A stretch of 64,000 nucleotides of DNA. It comes from an uncultured Collinsella sp. (GTDB taxonomy: Bacteria > Actinomycetota > Coriobacteriia > Coriobacteriales > Coriobacteriaceae). Below are positions 46,883 through 56,056 of this stretch, piece by piece. The number at the start of each line of letters is the position of its first letter. The stretch's first letter is position 1. The translations under genes and the position numbers were made by a program. The DNA lies in contig CAUAEH010000002.1 in assembly GCA_958427975.1 (NCBI GenBank), positions 16,724 to 80,723 on the forward strand. Reading direction: 5' to 3'. The notes under the pieces were generated by a model. That model had not been told where the DNA came from, searched no databases, and saw nothing but the letters and a program-made list of their open reading frames with translations.

Positions 46883-47734
46883 ATGCTTAATGGGTGCGCA
46901 TATATATTGACGGTCGACGTGGGCAACACGTTCATTCGCTTTGGCCTGTTTGCCGAGGATTCGGCCGCGGCGCAGGAATGCCCGCTTGCGACGTGCGAGA
47001 TCACCACGCCGTCGAGCATCACAGCAGACGAGGCGCGCATGCGTCTCGCTCAAGTCATGGCCGCGCTAACGGCCGATGCGGGCATGCCGGGCACACTTGT
47101 GCCCACGGCTGCCGTGCTAAGCTGCGTGGTGCCGGCGCTCGAGCGCCCGTGGAAGACGGCGCTTTCCCGCATCTGCACGGGGCGCGTGCTCACGGTGGGG
47201 CCGGGCCTCAAGACCGGCATGCCCGTCCACTACGACGACCCGGCCGAGATCGGCCCCGACCGCATCGCCGACGCCGTGGCGGCCCGGGCCGTTTACGGCT
47301 CTCCGTGCATCGTGATCGACCTGGGCACTACGACCAATATCGAGGTCATCGATACGCACGGAACCTTTGTCGGCGGCGTCATCGCGCCGGGTCTGGCACT
47401 TGGCGCCCGCTCGCTTTCGGCCGCTGCGGCGCGCCTGCCGCAGGTTGAGCCCTCGGCGCCGACACACGTCATCGGCCGCAACACGCGTGAGGCTATGCGC
47501 TCGGGCGTGGTTTTGGGCGAGGTGGCCCGCATCGACGGCATGCTCGACATGGTGCTTGCCGAGATGCGCGCGACCAAGGCCGCGGGGGAGGGCGACGTGC
47601 CCATAGTCATTACCGGCGACGATGCCGAGGCGCTTGCGTCGCTGGTCGGTCATAGTCTGACGGTCGACGACGCGCTGACGTTGCGAGGACTGGCCGAGCT
47701 CTACCGCATCAACCAAAAGCCCCGCCGCGTGTAA
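46883..47734 (+). CDS. coaX: Type III pantothenate kinase
   Basis: DVGNT, SCVVP, EIGPDR, DLGTTT, GGVIAPG, LTLRGL. Confidence 0.92.
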   Translation: MLNGCAYILTVDVGNTFIRFGLFAEDSAAAQECPLATCEITTPSSITADEARMRLAQVMAALTADAGMPGTLVPTAAVLSCVVPALERPWKTALSRICTGRVLTVGPGLKTGMPVHYDDPAEIGPDRIADAVAARAVYGSPCIVIDLGTTTNIEVIDTHGTFVGGVIAPGLALGARSLSAAAARLPQVEPSAPTHVIGRNTREAMRSGVVLGEVARIDGMLDMVLAEMRATKAAGEGDVPIVITGDDAEALASLVGHSLTVDDALTLRGLAELYRINQKPRRV

Positions 47735-47818
47735 AAGTGAGGGCGCCGGTGGGACAAACGCCTCCACCTTTCACCTGCTACAATGGGTCAAACTATTGCG
47801 ATTTCGGAGGTGTCTGCC

Positions 47819-48343
47819 ATGTCGGACGATCTTCATCAAACCGCGTCGGGCAAGCGTCGCGACGTTATTAGCTGGGACGAGTTCTTTATGAGCGTGGCCA
47901 TAGCCGCGCAGCGCCGCAGCAAGGACCCCAACACGCAGGTGGGCGCGTGCATCGCCAGCACCAACCACCGCATCCTTTCGGTGGGCTACAACGGTACGCC
48001 CTCGGCGCTCAACGACGACTTTTTCCCGTGGGGCACGAGCGATGACCCGCTGCAGGACAAGCATAACTACGTAGTCCATGCCGAAGCCAACGCCGTGCTC
48101 AACTACCGCGGCTCGCTCAAAGACCTTGAGGGTTCCACGGTCTACGTCACGCTGTTCCCGTGTCATGACTGCGCCAAAATCCTGGCGCAGGTAGGTGTGG
48201 GCGAGGTTGTCTACCTGGACAATAAGTACGCCGACACCGACGACGGCCGCATCAGCCGTCGCATTCTCGACTCCTGCGGCATTAGCTACCGCCAGGTTAT
48301 CGTCGATGTCCACATTGGCACCGGGGAACAAACTCAGCAGTAG
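47819..48343 (+). CDS. dCMP deaminase
   Basis: RSKDPNTQVGA, HAEANA, PCHDC. Confidence 0.92.
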   Translation: MSDDLHQTASGKRRDVISWDEFFMSVAIAAQRRSKDPNTQVGACIASTNHRILSVGYNGTPSALNDDFFPWGTSDDPLQDKHNYVVHAEANAVLNYRGSLKDLEGSTVYVTLFPCHDCAKILAQVGVGEVVYLDNKYADTDDGRISRRILDSCGISYRQVIVDVHIGTGEQTQQ

Positions 48344-48518
48344 CGGCAGCGTGTGCTAGCGCTGGGCGTCGGCAAAAGCAGCTAAAAAGCCCCGTCCCAA
48401 ATTGACTGCTCGTGAAAGTCGTGTCCGCGCGCATGGACGGCTCGTGAGCGGGTACACGGCTGTAGTAACATAGCTCTGTCCGCGGGCGTGCCCGCGTTAT
48501 TGTGAGAAAGGAGCCCCT

Positions 48519-48797
48519 GTGGCTGTTAACGAAGAGCTGCTTAAGAAGGTTCTTGAGGAGATCCGCCCCAACCTGCAGGCTGACGGCGGCGATATGGAGT
48601 ATGTAGGCGTCGACGACGAGGGCGTCGTCCAGCTTGAGCTTCAGGGCGCCTGCGCCGGCTGCCCTATGAGCGCACTGACCCTGTCCATGGGTATCGAGCG
48701 TATCCTCAAGGAGCATGTGCCCGGCGTTACCCGTGTTGAGCAGATCAATGCCTCCGGCGAGACCGACGATCTGTACGACGAGTACGCGCCGTTCTAA
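48519..48797 (+). CDS. NifU/Nfu-type Fe-S scaffold protein
   Basis: IRPNLQADGGD, GACAGCP; GTG start after AAGGAG. Confidence 0.9.
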   Translation: MAVNEELLKKVLEEIRPNLQADGGDMEYVGVDDEGVVQLELQGACAGCPMSALTLSMGIERILKEHVPGVTRVEQINASGETDDLYDEYAPF

Positions 48798-48906
48798 GAT
48801 CCGAAAGCTGCGGACGGCATACTCCGCATAGACGTTACGCCCAAATATGCGGCTGCGAGCGCAAGGCCCGCGGCCGCATTTGTATGTAGGGAGCAGGGGG
48901 ACCGAT

Positions 48907-49728
48907 ATGCTCAACGACCTCTACCATATGCTTGATCCCGTCGCCATTTCGGCGGGGCCCATCACCATCTACTGGTACGGCTTGGCCTATGTGGTCGGGG
49001 CTTTGCTCACGGCGGTCGTCATGTATCGCACGCAGCGCCGTTGGGGTTTTGACATTACGGTCGACGACCTGACGAGCGTCGTGGTCGGCGTGGTCTTTGG
49101 CCTTATCATTGGCGCCCGCCTGTTCTACGTCATTTTCTACGGCGACGGCTACTACTGGACGCATCCGCTCGAGATCTTTGCCACCAACGAGGGCGGCATG
49201 AGTTTTCATGGTGGCCTGGTGGGCGGCATCATCGGCGGCGTGCTCGTGTGCCGCATGTACAAGCTCGATGCGTGGACTTTGGCAGACCTCGCGGTCATCG
49301 GTGCTCCGCTGGCCCTGTGCCTGGGGCGCTGCGCCAACTTTGTCAACGGCGAGCTGTGGGGCAAGCCGACCGATCTGCCCTGGGGCGTGATCTTTGGCGG
49401 CACCGCGGGCGATATGCCGCGCCATCCATCCCAACTCTACGAGGCATTTCTCGAGGGCATCGTGCTCTTCTGCATTCTGCAGGTGCTCAGCCGCAAAAAA
49501 CCGCTGCTGCCCCAGGGTACGTTTATGGGTGTGTTTGTGATGGGTTACGGCATCGTCCGCTTCCTCATTGAGTTTGTGCGCGTGCCCGATGCGCAGCTGG
49601 GCTATCTGCTGGGCGGCGTCATCACCATGGGTCAGCTACTGAGCCTGCCACTCGTGATTGCGGGCCTGGCGCTCATCATCTTTGCCCTTCGTCGCGACCG
49701 TCCCCAGCGCATCTACCTGGACGCCTAA
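48907..49728 (+). CDS. lgt: Prolipoprotein diacylglyceryl transferase
   Basis: WYG, GGMSFHGG, GRCANFVNGELWG, RHPSQLYE. Confidence 0.95.
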   Translation: MLNDLYHMLDPVAISAGPITIYWYGLAYVVGALLTAVVMYRTQRRWGFDITVDDLTSVVVGVVFGLIIGARLFYVIFYGDGYYWTHPLEIFATNEGGMSFHGGLVGGIIGGVLVCRMYKLDAWTLADLAVIGAPLALCLGRCANFVNGELWGKPTDLPWGVIFGGTAGDMPRHPSQLYEAFLEGIVLFCILQVLSRKKPLLPQGTFMGVFVMGYGIVRFLIEFVRVPDAQLGYLLGGVITMGQLLSLPLVIAGLALIIFALRRDRPQRIYLDA

Positions 49729-49732
49729 CCAC

Positions 49733-49852
49733 CAAAACCACCGCAAAGGGGCAGGCACCTTGGTGGTGGTTTTGCCGGGCAACGATGACAGAACCGTAAC
49801 GTTTCCCCAGATAAAACCTGCCAAAATAAACCTGTCCCTTTTTGGCAGGTTT
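49733..49852. repeat. Doublet: family B hairpin (49733-49774) facing an inverted family A hairpin (49800-49852)
   Basis: CAAAACCACCGCAAAGGGGCAGGCACCTTGGTGGTGGTTTTG and AAAACCTGCCAAAATAAACCTGTCCCTTTTTGGCAGGTTT. Confidence 0.88.
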
Positions 49853-49872
49853 CTAGAAAGGCTATTCGGACT

Positions 49873-52056
49873 GTGAAGGATTCCGACCTCTCCGCAACGG
49901 CTGCGCGTGACGCCGCCCGCATCGTTTGGTTTAAGCGCTATCCCGCCAAACAGACGCTCATCGCATTTTTGCTCGCCCTGCTGGCGACCACGGCGTTTTC
50001 CATCGATCCCGCCCCGGTGTCGAGCAACGCGGTCCTGGCGATCGATCCCAAGGCGACGGGCGCGCTCTACGTGTGCTACGAGGTGCTTCTCTCGTTTGCC
50101 GGCCACACCGACGCAGTGATGCTGCTCGCGCTTGTCTGTTTGCTCACACTGCCGTTTCGCTATGTGTTCTTTGGCCGCGGTGACGCTTGGCGCCCGTCGG
50201 TCGTGCTGCCATCGCTGTTCTTTGCCGTTTGCATGGTGTTCGGCCGTAGCTACGACCTCACCGATTCGGCTGAGATTGTGCTGGGCGACAAGGCACGCGT
50301 TATCTGCGCCTGGATTGGTGGCGCGGGCTGGATGCTTCTGGCGATTGTGGCCTTCTATCTGGCTTTTGAGTTTTTGGATTGGTTGGGCTCCCGCCGCATT
50401 CCGTTTTCGGAGGCGCATTTTGGCCGCGTGTGGCGTGTTGTCCACGCCGTGCTCTCGGTTCATCCCTTTGTCGGGCCGTTTCTTGTGCTCATGATTGTCT
50501 GGGCGCCCACGCTTATCGCCTCGCTGCCCGCCCTCTTTATGGGAGACACGGGCGCGCAGGTCCGCCAATGGTTCAACTACCCCAACGGCACGAGCGATTA
50601 CCTACGCCTGCTTAACCCCAACGTGCTACTCAACGGACATCATCCGGTGGTGCACACGGCCATCATCGGCTCGTGTGTGCAGCTGGGGCTTTCGCTATTT
50701 AACAGCGCCAATGCGGGCCTTGCCATCTACACTTGTGCCCAATTCGTCATCACCGCCGCCTGCATGTCCTATTCCATATCGTCGCTGCGCAAGCTGGGCG
50801 TGAGCCTGCCGGTCCGCGGCGTCATCTTGCTGTTCTTTGCGTTTATGCCGATGTTCTCCAACTACGCGGTGCTGCTGACCAAAGATGTACTTTTTGCCGA
50901 TGCGTTTTTGGTACTGCTCGTTCAGACCGTCAAGCTCGTGGCATGTGGCCTACCCCGTCGCGATGCCAATGCCGAGCGTGCGGGCGAACAGAAGCCCGTG
51001 CTCTTTGCGCGCCATGACTGGCTGTTGCTCGTGCTGGGTGCCATGGGTTCCACGTTTTTGCGCAATGGCGGCCTGGTCTTTCCGTTGGCGGCCTGCGTGA
51101 TTGCGGCGGCGTTTTGCGCCTGGGATGTACATGTCGCTCGTCGTGCGGCTAAGCAGATGGGCACCACGGTCTCATGCGCCACGTCGCGCTTCCGCTGGGT
51201 CGGCGTGCTCGCAGTGCTTGCGCTCTGCCTTGTCTCCAACATGTATTTCACCAAGGTATTTATGCCGGCGCACGATATCACGCCGGGCTCCAAGCGCGAG
51301 ATCCTCTCGATTCCGTTTCAACAGACGGCACGCTTCGTCCAAAAGCACGATGGCCTCAACTCGGGCGTCAACCCCACGGTTAAGGAGGACGGCACCATCG
51401 TGGAAGCTCCCTGCGACGGCTTGGTGACCGATGAGGAGCGCGCTGTGATCGATCGCGTGCTTAAGTACGAGAACCTGGGCCGTCGCTACAACCCCGACAA
51501 GTCGGATGCCGTCAAAAACTGCTTCAATGAGTACGCCTCGCAGGAGGACATCAAGGCCTATTTTGAGGTGTGGGCCCAGATGTTCAAAAAGGACCCCGAG
51601 TGCTATATCTCGGCGCTCGTCAATAACTACTACGGGTACTTCTACCCGAGCGCTCGCGATGCGTGGGTCTACAGCACCGCGCGCAGTGCCGAGATTATGG
51701 CGAAGCCCGATAACCTCAAGTACTTTGACTTCCATCCGGTCGATAGCAAGGTCGTGCGCTGGTGCGACCACCTGATTAACCTGTACCGCGTGGCGGTGCA
51801 GCGCATCCCGTTTATCTCGCTCACCATGAGCTCGGCCACCTACGTGTGGATCATGATCGTCGTGGTGGTCTACCTGTTGCGCCGTCATTCATGGCGTGCG
51901 CTGGCGATCTGGGTGCCGCTGTTGGGCGTGCTCGCCGTGTGCCTGATTGGCCCGTGCAACGGCTCGACCTACATGCGCTACCTGTATCCGGTCATCGCCT
52001 GCATGCCTTTTGCCATCGGTGCCACGATCACCCGCAGCGACTTCCTCTGGGCCTAA
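49873..52056 (+). CDS. Polytopic membrane protein, DUF6020-like (possible GT-C-type cell-wall modifier)
   Basis: HHPVVHT, TKD, LRNGG, SIPFQQTAR, RYLYP; many TM helices. Confidence 0.72.
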   Translation: MKDSDLSATAARDAARIVWFKRYPAKQTLIAFLLALLATTAFSIDPAPVSSNAVLAIDPKATGALYVCYEVLLSFAGHTDAVMLLALVCLLTLPFRYVFFGRGDAWRPSVVLPSLFFAVCMVFGRSYDLTDSAEIVLGDKARVICAWIGGAGWMLLAIVAFYLAFEFLDWLGSRRIPFSEAHFGRVWRVVHAVLSVHPFVGPFLVLMIVWAPTLIASLPALFMGDTGAQVRQWFNYPNGTSDYLRLLNPNVLLNGHHPVVHTAIIGSCVQLGLSLFNSANAGLAIYTCAQFVITAACMSYSISSLRKLGVSLPVRGVILLFFAFMPMFSNYAVLLTKDVLFADAFLVLLVQTVKLVACGLPRRDANAERAGEQKPVLFARHDWLLLVLGAMGSTFLRNGGLVFPLAACVIAAAFCAWDVHVARRAAKQMGTTVSCATSRFRWVGVLAVLALCLVSNMYFTKVFMPAHDITPGSKREILSIPFQQTARFVQKHDGLNSGVNPTVKEDGTIVEAPCDGLVTDEERAVIDRVLKYENLGRRYNPDKSDAVKNCFNEYASQEDIKAYFEVWAQMFKKDPECYISALVNNYYGYFYPSARDAWVYSTARSAEIMAKPDNLKYFDFHPVDSKVVRWCDHLINLYRVAVQRIPFISLTMSSATYVWIMIVVVVYLLRRHSWRALAIWVPLLGVLAVCLIGPCNGSTYMRYLYPVIACMPFAIGATITRSDFLWA

Positions 52057-52221
52057 ACTGGTGCATTGGGGTCAGGTTACTTTGCACTAAAGGGTGACAT
52101 CATCACGACGCCTTCATTTTGGGGTTTATCTCGCAGGCCAGTAGGTATATCATAACGACGTTTGTTTATATCGCCCGAGCATTCACGCTGGGCTTTAGGT
52201 CGAAACCGATAGGAGACACGT

Positions 52222-53028
52222 ATGTCCGGACACTCTAAGTGGGCCACAACCAAGCATCGTAAGGGCGCGCAGGACGCCAAGCGTTCCGCCCTCTTCTCCA
52301 AGCTCAGCCGCAACATCACCGTTGCTGCCCGTCTCGGCGGCGACCCGCTGCCCGAGAACAACGCCAGCCTCGCCGCTGCCGTCGCCAAGGCCAAGGCTCA
52401 GTCCATGCCTAAGGACAAGATCAAGTCCGCTATCGACAAGGCCTTTGGTTCGGGTGCCGACGCCGCCGTCTACGAGAACATCGTGTACGAGGGCTACGGT
52501 CCCGCCGGTGTCGCCGTCTACGTTGACTGCCTGACCGACAACCGCAACCGCACCGCCGCCGATGTCCGTTCCGCCTTCTCCCACGCTGGTGGCAACCTGG
52601 GCACCTCGGGCTCCGTCGCCTTCCAGTTTGAGCGCAAGGGCCAGATCGTCGTCGCCAAGGAGATCCTGGACGAGAACGCCAAGAAGGAGACCATGATCGC
52701 CAACGGTCCTGCCGGTGACGAGGATGAGTTCATGATGGCCATCGCCGAGGCCGGTGGCGAGGACTACGAGGACGCCGGCGAGGAGTGGATCGTCTGGACC
52801 GCTGCTAACGACGTCATGGCTGTCTCCAAGGCGCTCGAGGAGCAGGGCGTCCAGGTCAAGGGCTCCGAGACCACCATGGTCCCGACCACCCCGACCGAGG
52901 TCTCCGGCGCCGACGCCAAGAAGGTTCAGCGCCTCATCGACCGTCTTGAGGAGCTCGACGACGTCCAGGACGTCTACAGCACCATGGACATGACCGACGA
53001 GGTCATCGCTGCCCTCGAGGAGGAGTAG
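52222..53028 (+). CDS. yebC: YebC/PmpR family protein
   Basis: MSGHSKW, YEGYGP, TDNRNRT, LEELDDVQDVY. Confidence 0.95.
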   Translation: MSGHSKWATTKHRKGAQDAKRSALFSKLSRNITVAARLGGDPLPENNASLAAAVAKAKAQSMPKDKIKSAIDKAFGSGADAAVYENIVYEGYGPAGVAVYVDCLTDNRNRTAADVRSAFSHAGGNLGTSGSVAFQFERKGQIVVAKEILDENAKKETMIANGPAGDEDEFMMAIAEAGGEDYEDAGEEWIVWTAANDVMAVSKALEEQGVQVKGSETTMVPTTPTEVSGADAKKVQRLIDRLEELDDVQDVYSTMDMTDEVIAALEEE

Positions 53029-53097
53029 CGCCCGCACGGGTTAAGCCGTGCATATCTGGGCATAATGAAGCGAGCATGCAAGCCTCGTGGAATAGAT

Positions 53098-53139
53098 GAG
53101 CCGGATCCGCGTGCGTAGAGCACCGGACCCGGCTCTTTT
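53098..53139 (+). terminator. Intrinsic terminator after yebC
   Basis: GAGCCGGATCCG...CGGACCCGGCTCTTTT. Confidence 0.7.
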
Positions 53140-53194
53140 ATAATGATGCGAACCGTTTTGCATTTCGAGAGCCGAGATTTGAAGGGAGCGCCAC

Positions 53195-53740
53195 GTGCGC
53201 GTACTCAAACGAGCCCTAGCGATTGTGTATCTTGCCGCCGCCATCGTGGCGCTGGGTACGCTTGTCTGCCAGTTTTGGGGGCCGTATACGTATCGCTTTA
53301 TGCTGCTGATGCGCGACCCCATGCCGCGCATTGTCGTGACGGCATGCGGCGGAGTTGTGGCGATCGGCGTGCTGGTAAGCTTCTTCCGCCTGATGTTTGC
53401 TCGTCGCGAGCCGTCCTGCGTGCATCCGGCGGGGGAGCGCAATATCGAGGTTACCCTTGCGGCGCTTTCTTCGTGCGCTCGCACTGCGGCAGAGCGCGAC
53501 GATCGCGTGATGGTCGAGCATGTCGAGGCCCGCGTCCAAGGCTCCGACGATTCGCACGTCCGTTTTAAGGTCGAGGCTATCGCGCTTGACGACCGGGACG
53601 TGGCCTCCCTTGCAGCCGCGATGCAGCAACGTATCGAGGAGGCCTGCGACACCATGCTCGGCACGCCGGGCACGACCGCACGCGTCCGTTTTTTGCCGTC
53701 CAAGACTACCGTCCAGACCGTGGAGGTTTCCGGTGAGTGA
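53195..53740 (+). CDS. amaP: AmaP-like alkaline-shock membrane anchor
   Basis: Two N-terminal TM helices plus Asp23-like tail; synteny with DUF2273 and Asp23. Confidence 0.68.
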   Translation: MRVLKRALAIVYLAAAIVALGTLVCQFWGPYTYRFMLLMRDPMPRIVVTACGGVVAIGVLVSFFRLMFARREPSCVHPAGERNIEVTLAALSSCARTAAERDDRVMVEHVEARVQGSDDSHVRFKVEAIALDDRDVASLAAAMQQRIEEACDTMLGTPGTTARVRFLPSKTTVQTVEVSGE

Positions 53741-54110
53741 TACCAATCAAGATAAGACCGCTCGTACGCCGCGCCTGACGATTGACCAGAGCGCCACGCC
53801 GGCGAACGAACCTGTTGATTCCAAAGCAGAGGCAACCGAGTTACAAGACGCGGCAGCCGCGGATTTTGACGAGGCTATGGGTCTCATCAAGGGTACGGGC
53901 GCTGCCATCTGGAGCTATGCTGTGCGTCATCCCAACACCACGCTTGGCGCCGTCGCTGGCTTTATCCTCGCCGTGTTGGTGCTCACGCTCGGCCTGTGGG
54001 ACACACTCGTCATTGCATTCTTCGTGCTGATCGGCGCCGTGATCGGCCAAATTCGCGACGGCGAGAACGGGATCGTCAACTTCTTCGGCCGTCTGTTTAG
54101 CGGTCGCTAA
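53733..54110 (+). CDS. DUF2273-family small membrane protein
   Basis: LGAVAGFILAVLVLTLGLWDTL...GQIRDG; GTG start after GGAGG. Confidence 0.72.
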   Translation: MSDTNQDKTARTPRLTIDQSATPANEPVDSKAEATELQDAAAADFDEAMGLIKGTGAAIWSYAVRHPNTTLGAVAGFILAVLVLTLGLWDTLVIAFFVLIGAVIGQIRDGENGIVNFFGRLFSGR

Positions 54111-54154
54111 TATGTATTCGACTGTCGCATCCGCGGCAGGCATAAGGAGGAACC

Positions 54155-54676
54155 ATGGCTTTTAATACGAAGGTCGATGTGGCCGATACCGAGCTCGAGG
54201 CAGACGAGACCGTCACCGCCGAGGCCGAGGATGTGACGCTCGAGGACGAGGCGCTCGTCGAGGCCGAGTCCGCCGATGACGCGGACGAGGATGATGAGGA
54301 AACAGACGAGTCCGAGGACTCGCTGACCTATTCCAACGGTGTGATCGAGAAGATCGTTGCCATGGCCACCCGCGAGGTTCCGCACGTTTTGGGCATGAAG
54401 GGTAACCTCATGCACTTTGTGCAGGAGCAGTTTGGTGCCGAGAATCTGACCAAGGGCGTGACGGTTGAGGTCACCGATGACAATCGCGTGGTCGTCAACA
54501 TCTCCGTCATTATCGAGTACGGCGCCTATGCGCCCGCGATCTTCGACGATGTCAAGGCACGTGTCACCGAGCGCCTTGCCGCGATGACCGGCCTTGAGGT
54601 GGCGGGCGTCAACCTGCGCATCGAGGACGTCATCACCCCCGAGGAGTACGAGCACCGCACCAGCCAGCATGAGTAA
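54155..54676 (+). CDS. Asp23/Gls24 envelope stress protein with acidic N-terminus
   Basis: VIEKIV, GVTVEV, IEYG, MTGLEVAGVNLRIEDV. Confidence 0.9.
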   Translation: MAFNTKVDVADTELEADETVTAEAEDVTLEDEALVEAESADDADEDDEETDESEDSLTYSNGVIEKIVAMATREVPHVLGMKGNLMHFVQEQFGAENLTKGVTVEVTDDNRVVVNISVIIEYGAYAPAIFDDVKARVTERLAAMTGLEVAGVNLRIEDVITPEEYEHRTSQHE

Positions 54677-54726
54677 CCTTCCAAAAAGGGACAGGTTTGT
54701 TTTGGCAGGCTTTATCTGCGAAAACG
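54675..54726 (+). repeat. REP-like hairpin, family A
   Basis: AACCTTCCAAAAAGGGACAGGTTTGTTTTGGCAGGCTTTATCTG. Confidence 0.88.
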
Positions 54727-54884
54727 TTAAACGGCCGACCGCGCAAGCAAAAGCGTGGCCGGCCGTTATTTGTATGCCCCCCGATGTGGGCATACCGCTC
54801 GTCTAACTAGGGGTTGCAATCGTCGCGTTCCGCGTTACCCTAATGGGCGCATTGTTTCCAAATTGTTAACGAGGGGTTGCCGTA

Positions 54885-55907
54885 ATGGCCGACGAGCACG
54901 AAACAGAAAGCAAGGCATGGGCGATTGAGGCCGCCGCGGCAGAGGCGGCATCGCGTGCTGCCGAGGAGGTGCATCGTCCTCCCGTGGTGCCGATGGAGCG
55001 CGTGGTTGATCGCACCGATATCGAGCGAGGCGAGCGTGTCGGTCAAAAGCGCAGCCAGGAGCCGGGCTTCCCGCGCTTTTTTGCCGAGCTCAATTTGGGC
55101 CTGATCCTCACGGCCTTCGCCATCGTTGCGTTTAAAACCCCTAATCACTTTGCTTTTGGCGGCACCTCGGGCGTGTCGGTCATTCTGTCCACGCTGTTCC
55201 CGACCCTGCCCGTCGGCGTTTTTATGTGGATTATCAACGCGGTTCTCGTCGTCTTGGGCTTTATCTTTTTGGAGCGCAAGGCAATCCTGTGGAGCGTCTT
55301 CGCCTCGTTTGCGCTTTCGGCCTATGTTTCGCTGTTTGAGCTCTTTATTCCGACCGATGTCTCTCTGACGGGTGATATGTGGCTCGACCTGTGCTTTGCC
55401 GTCATCTTGCCGGCGCTCGGCAGCGCTATTGTCTTTGACATCGGCGCCTCGACGGGTGGCACGGACATTCTCGCTATGATCCTCAAACGCCGCACCACGC
55501 TCGAGATTGGTCGCGCACTGCTGTTGGTCGATATCGGCATCGTGGCCATCGCGGCCTTTTTGTATGGCCCGCGTGTCGGTCTGTATTGCGTGCTCGGCCT
55601 GTTTGCCAAGACGCTTGTGGTCGACAAGGCCGTCGAGAGCATCCATCTTCGTAAGGTCTGCACGGTCATTTGCTCCGAACCCCTTAAGGTCGAGGAGTTT
55701 ATCGTCAAGCATCTCAACCGCACAGCGACCATCAGCCGCGGTTACGGTGCCTTCTCGGGCAAGTGCGTGACGGTGATCATGAGCGTGCTGAGCCGTCGCG
55801 AGGCCGTGCAACTGCGCCGCTATGCGCGCGAGGTCGATCCGGGTGCCTTTATCACGATTGTCGACAGCTCCGAGATCGTCGGCAAGGGCTTCCGCGGAAC
55901 GAACTAG
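54885..55907 (+). CDS. YitT-family membrane protein
   Basis: GGTSGV, GASTGGTDI, DPGAFITI...GKGF. Confidence 0.88.
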   Translation: MADEHETESKAWAIEAAAAEAASRAAEEVHRPPVVPMERVVDRTDIERGERVGQKRSQEPGFPRFFAELNLGLILTAFAIVAFKTPNHFAFGGTSGVSVILSTLFPTLPVGVFMWIINAVLVVLGFIFLERKAILWSVFASFALSAYVSLFELFIPTDVSLTGDMWLDLCFAVILPALGSAIVFDIGASTGGTDILAMILKRRTTLEIGRALLLVDIGIVAIAAFLYGPRVGLYCVLGLFAKTLVVDKAVESIHLRKVCTVICSEPLKVEEFIVKHLNRTATISRGYGAFSGKCVTVIMSVLSRREAVQLRRYAREVDPGAFITIVDSSEIVGKGFRGTN

Positions 55908-56056
55908 CACAGACGTATTCAACGAACCGCCTGCTGGCGCCGTGTACCTTGCAAATCGGTCATCTTTGAGTATTTGACCCCACATTGGGCAATAATGATG
56001 CTAAAGACAACGTTTGCGATCCAAGTGATTCGTTCAAGATACGAAGGGATGATTCT

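Noticed and set aside
47737..47767. Hairpin with GGGAC in its loop as a member of the centred-tag superfamily
   Set aside because: Tag is about 4 nt off the dyad axis and lacks the following G
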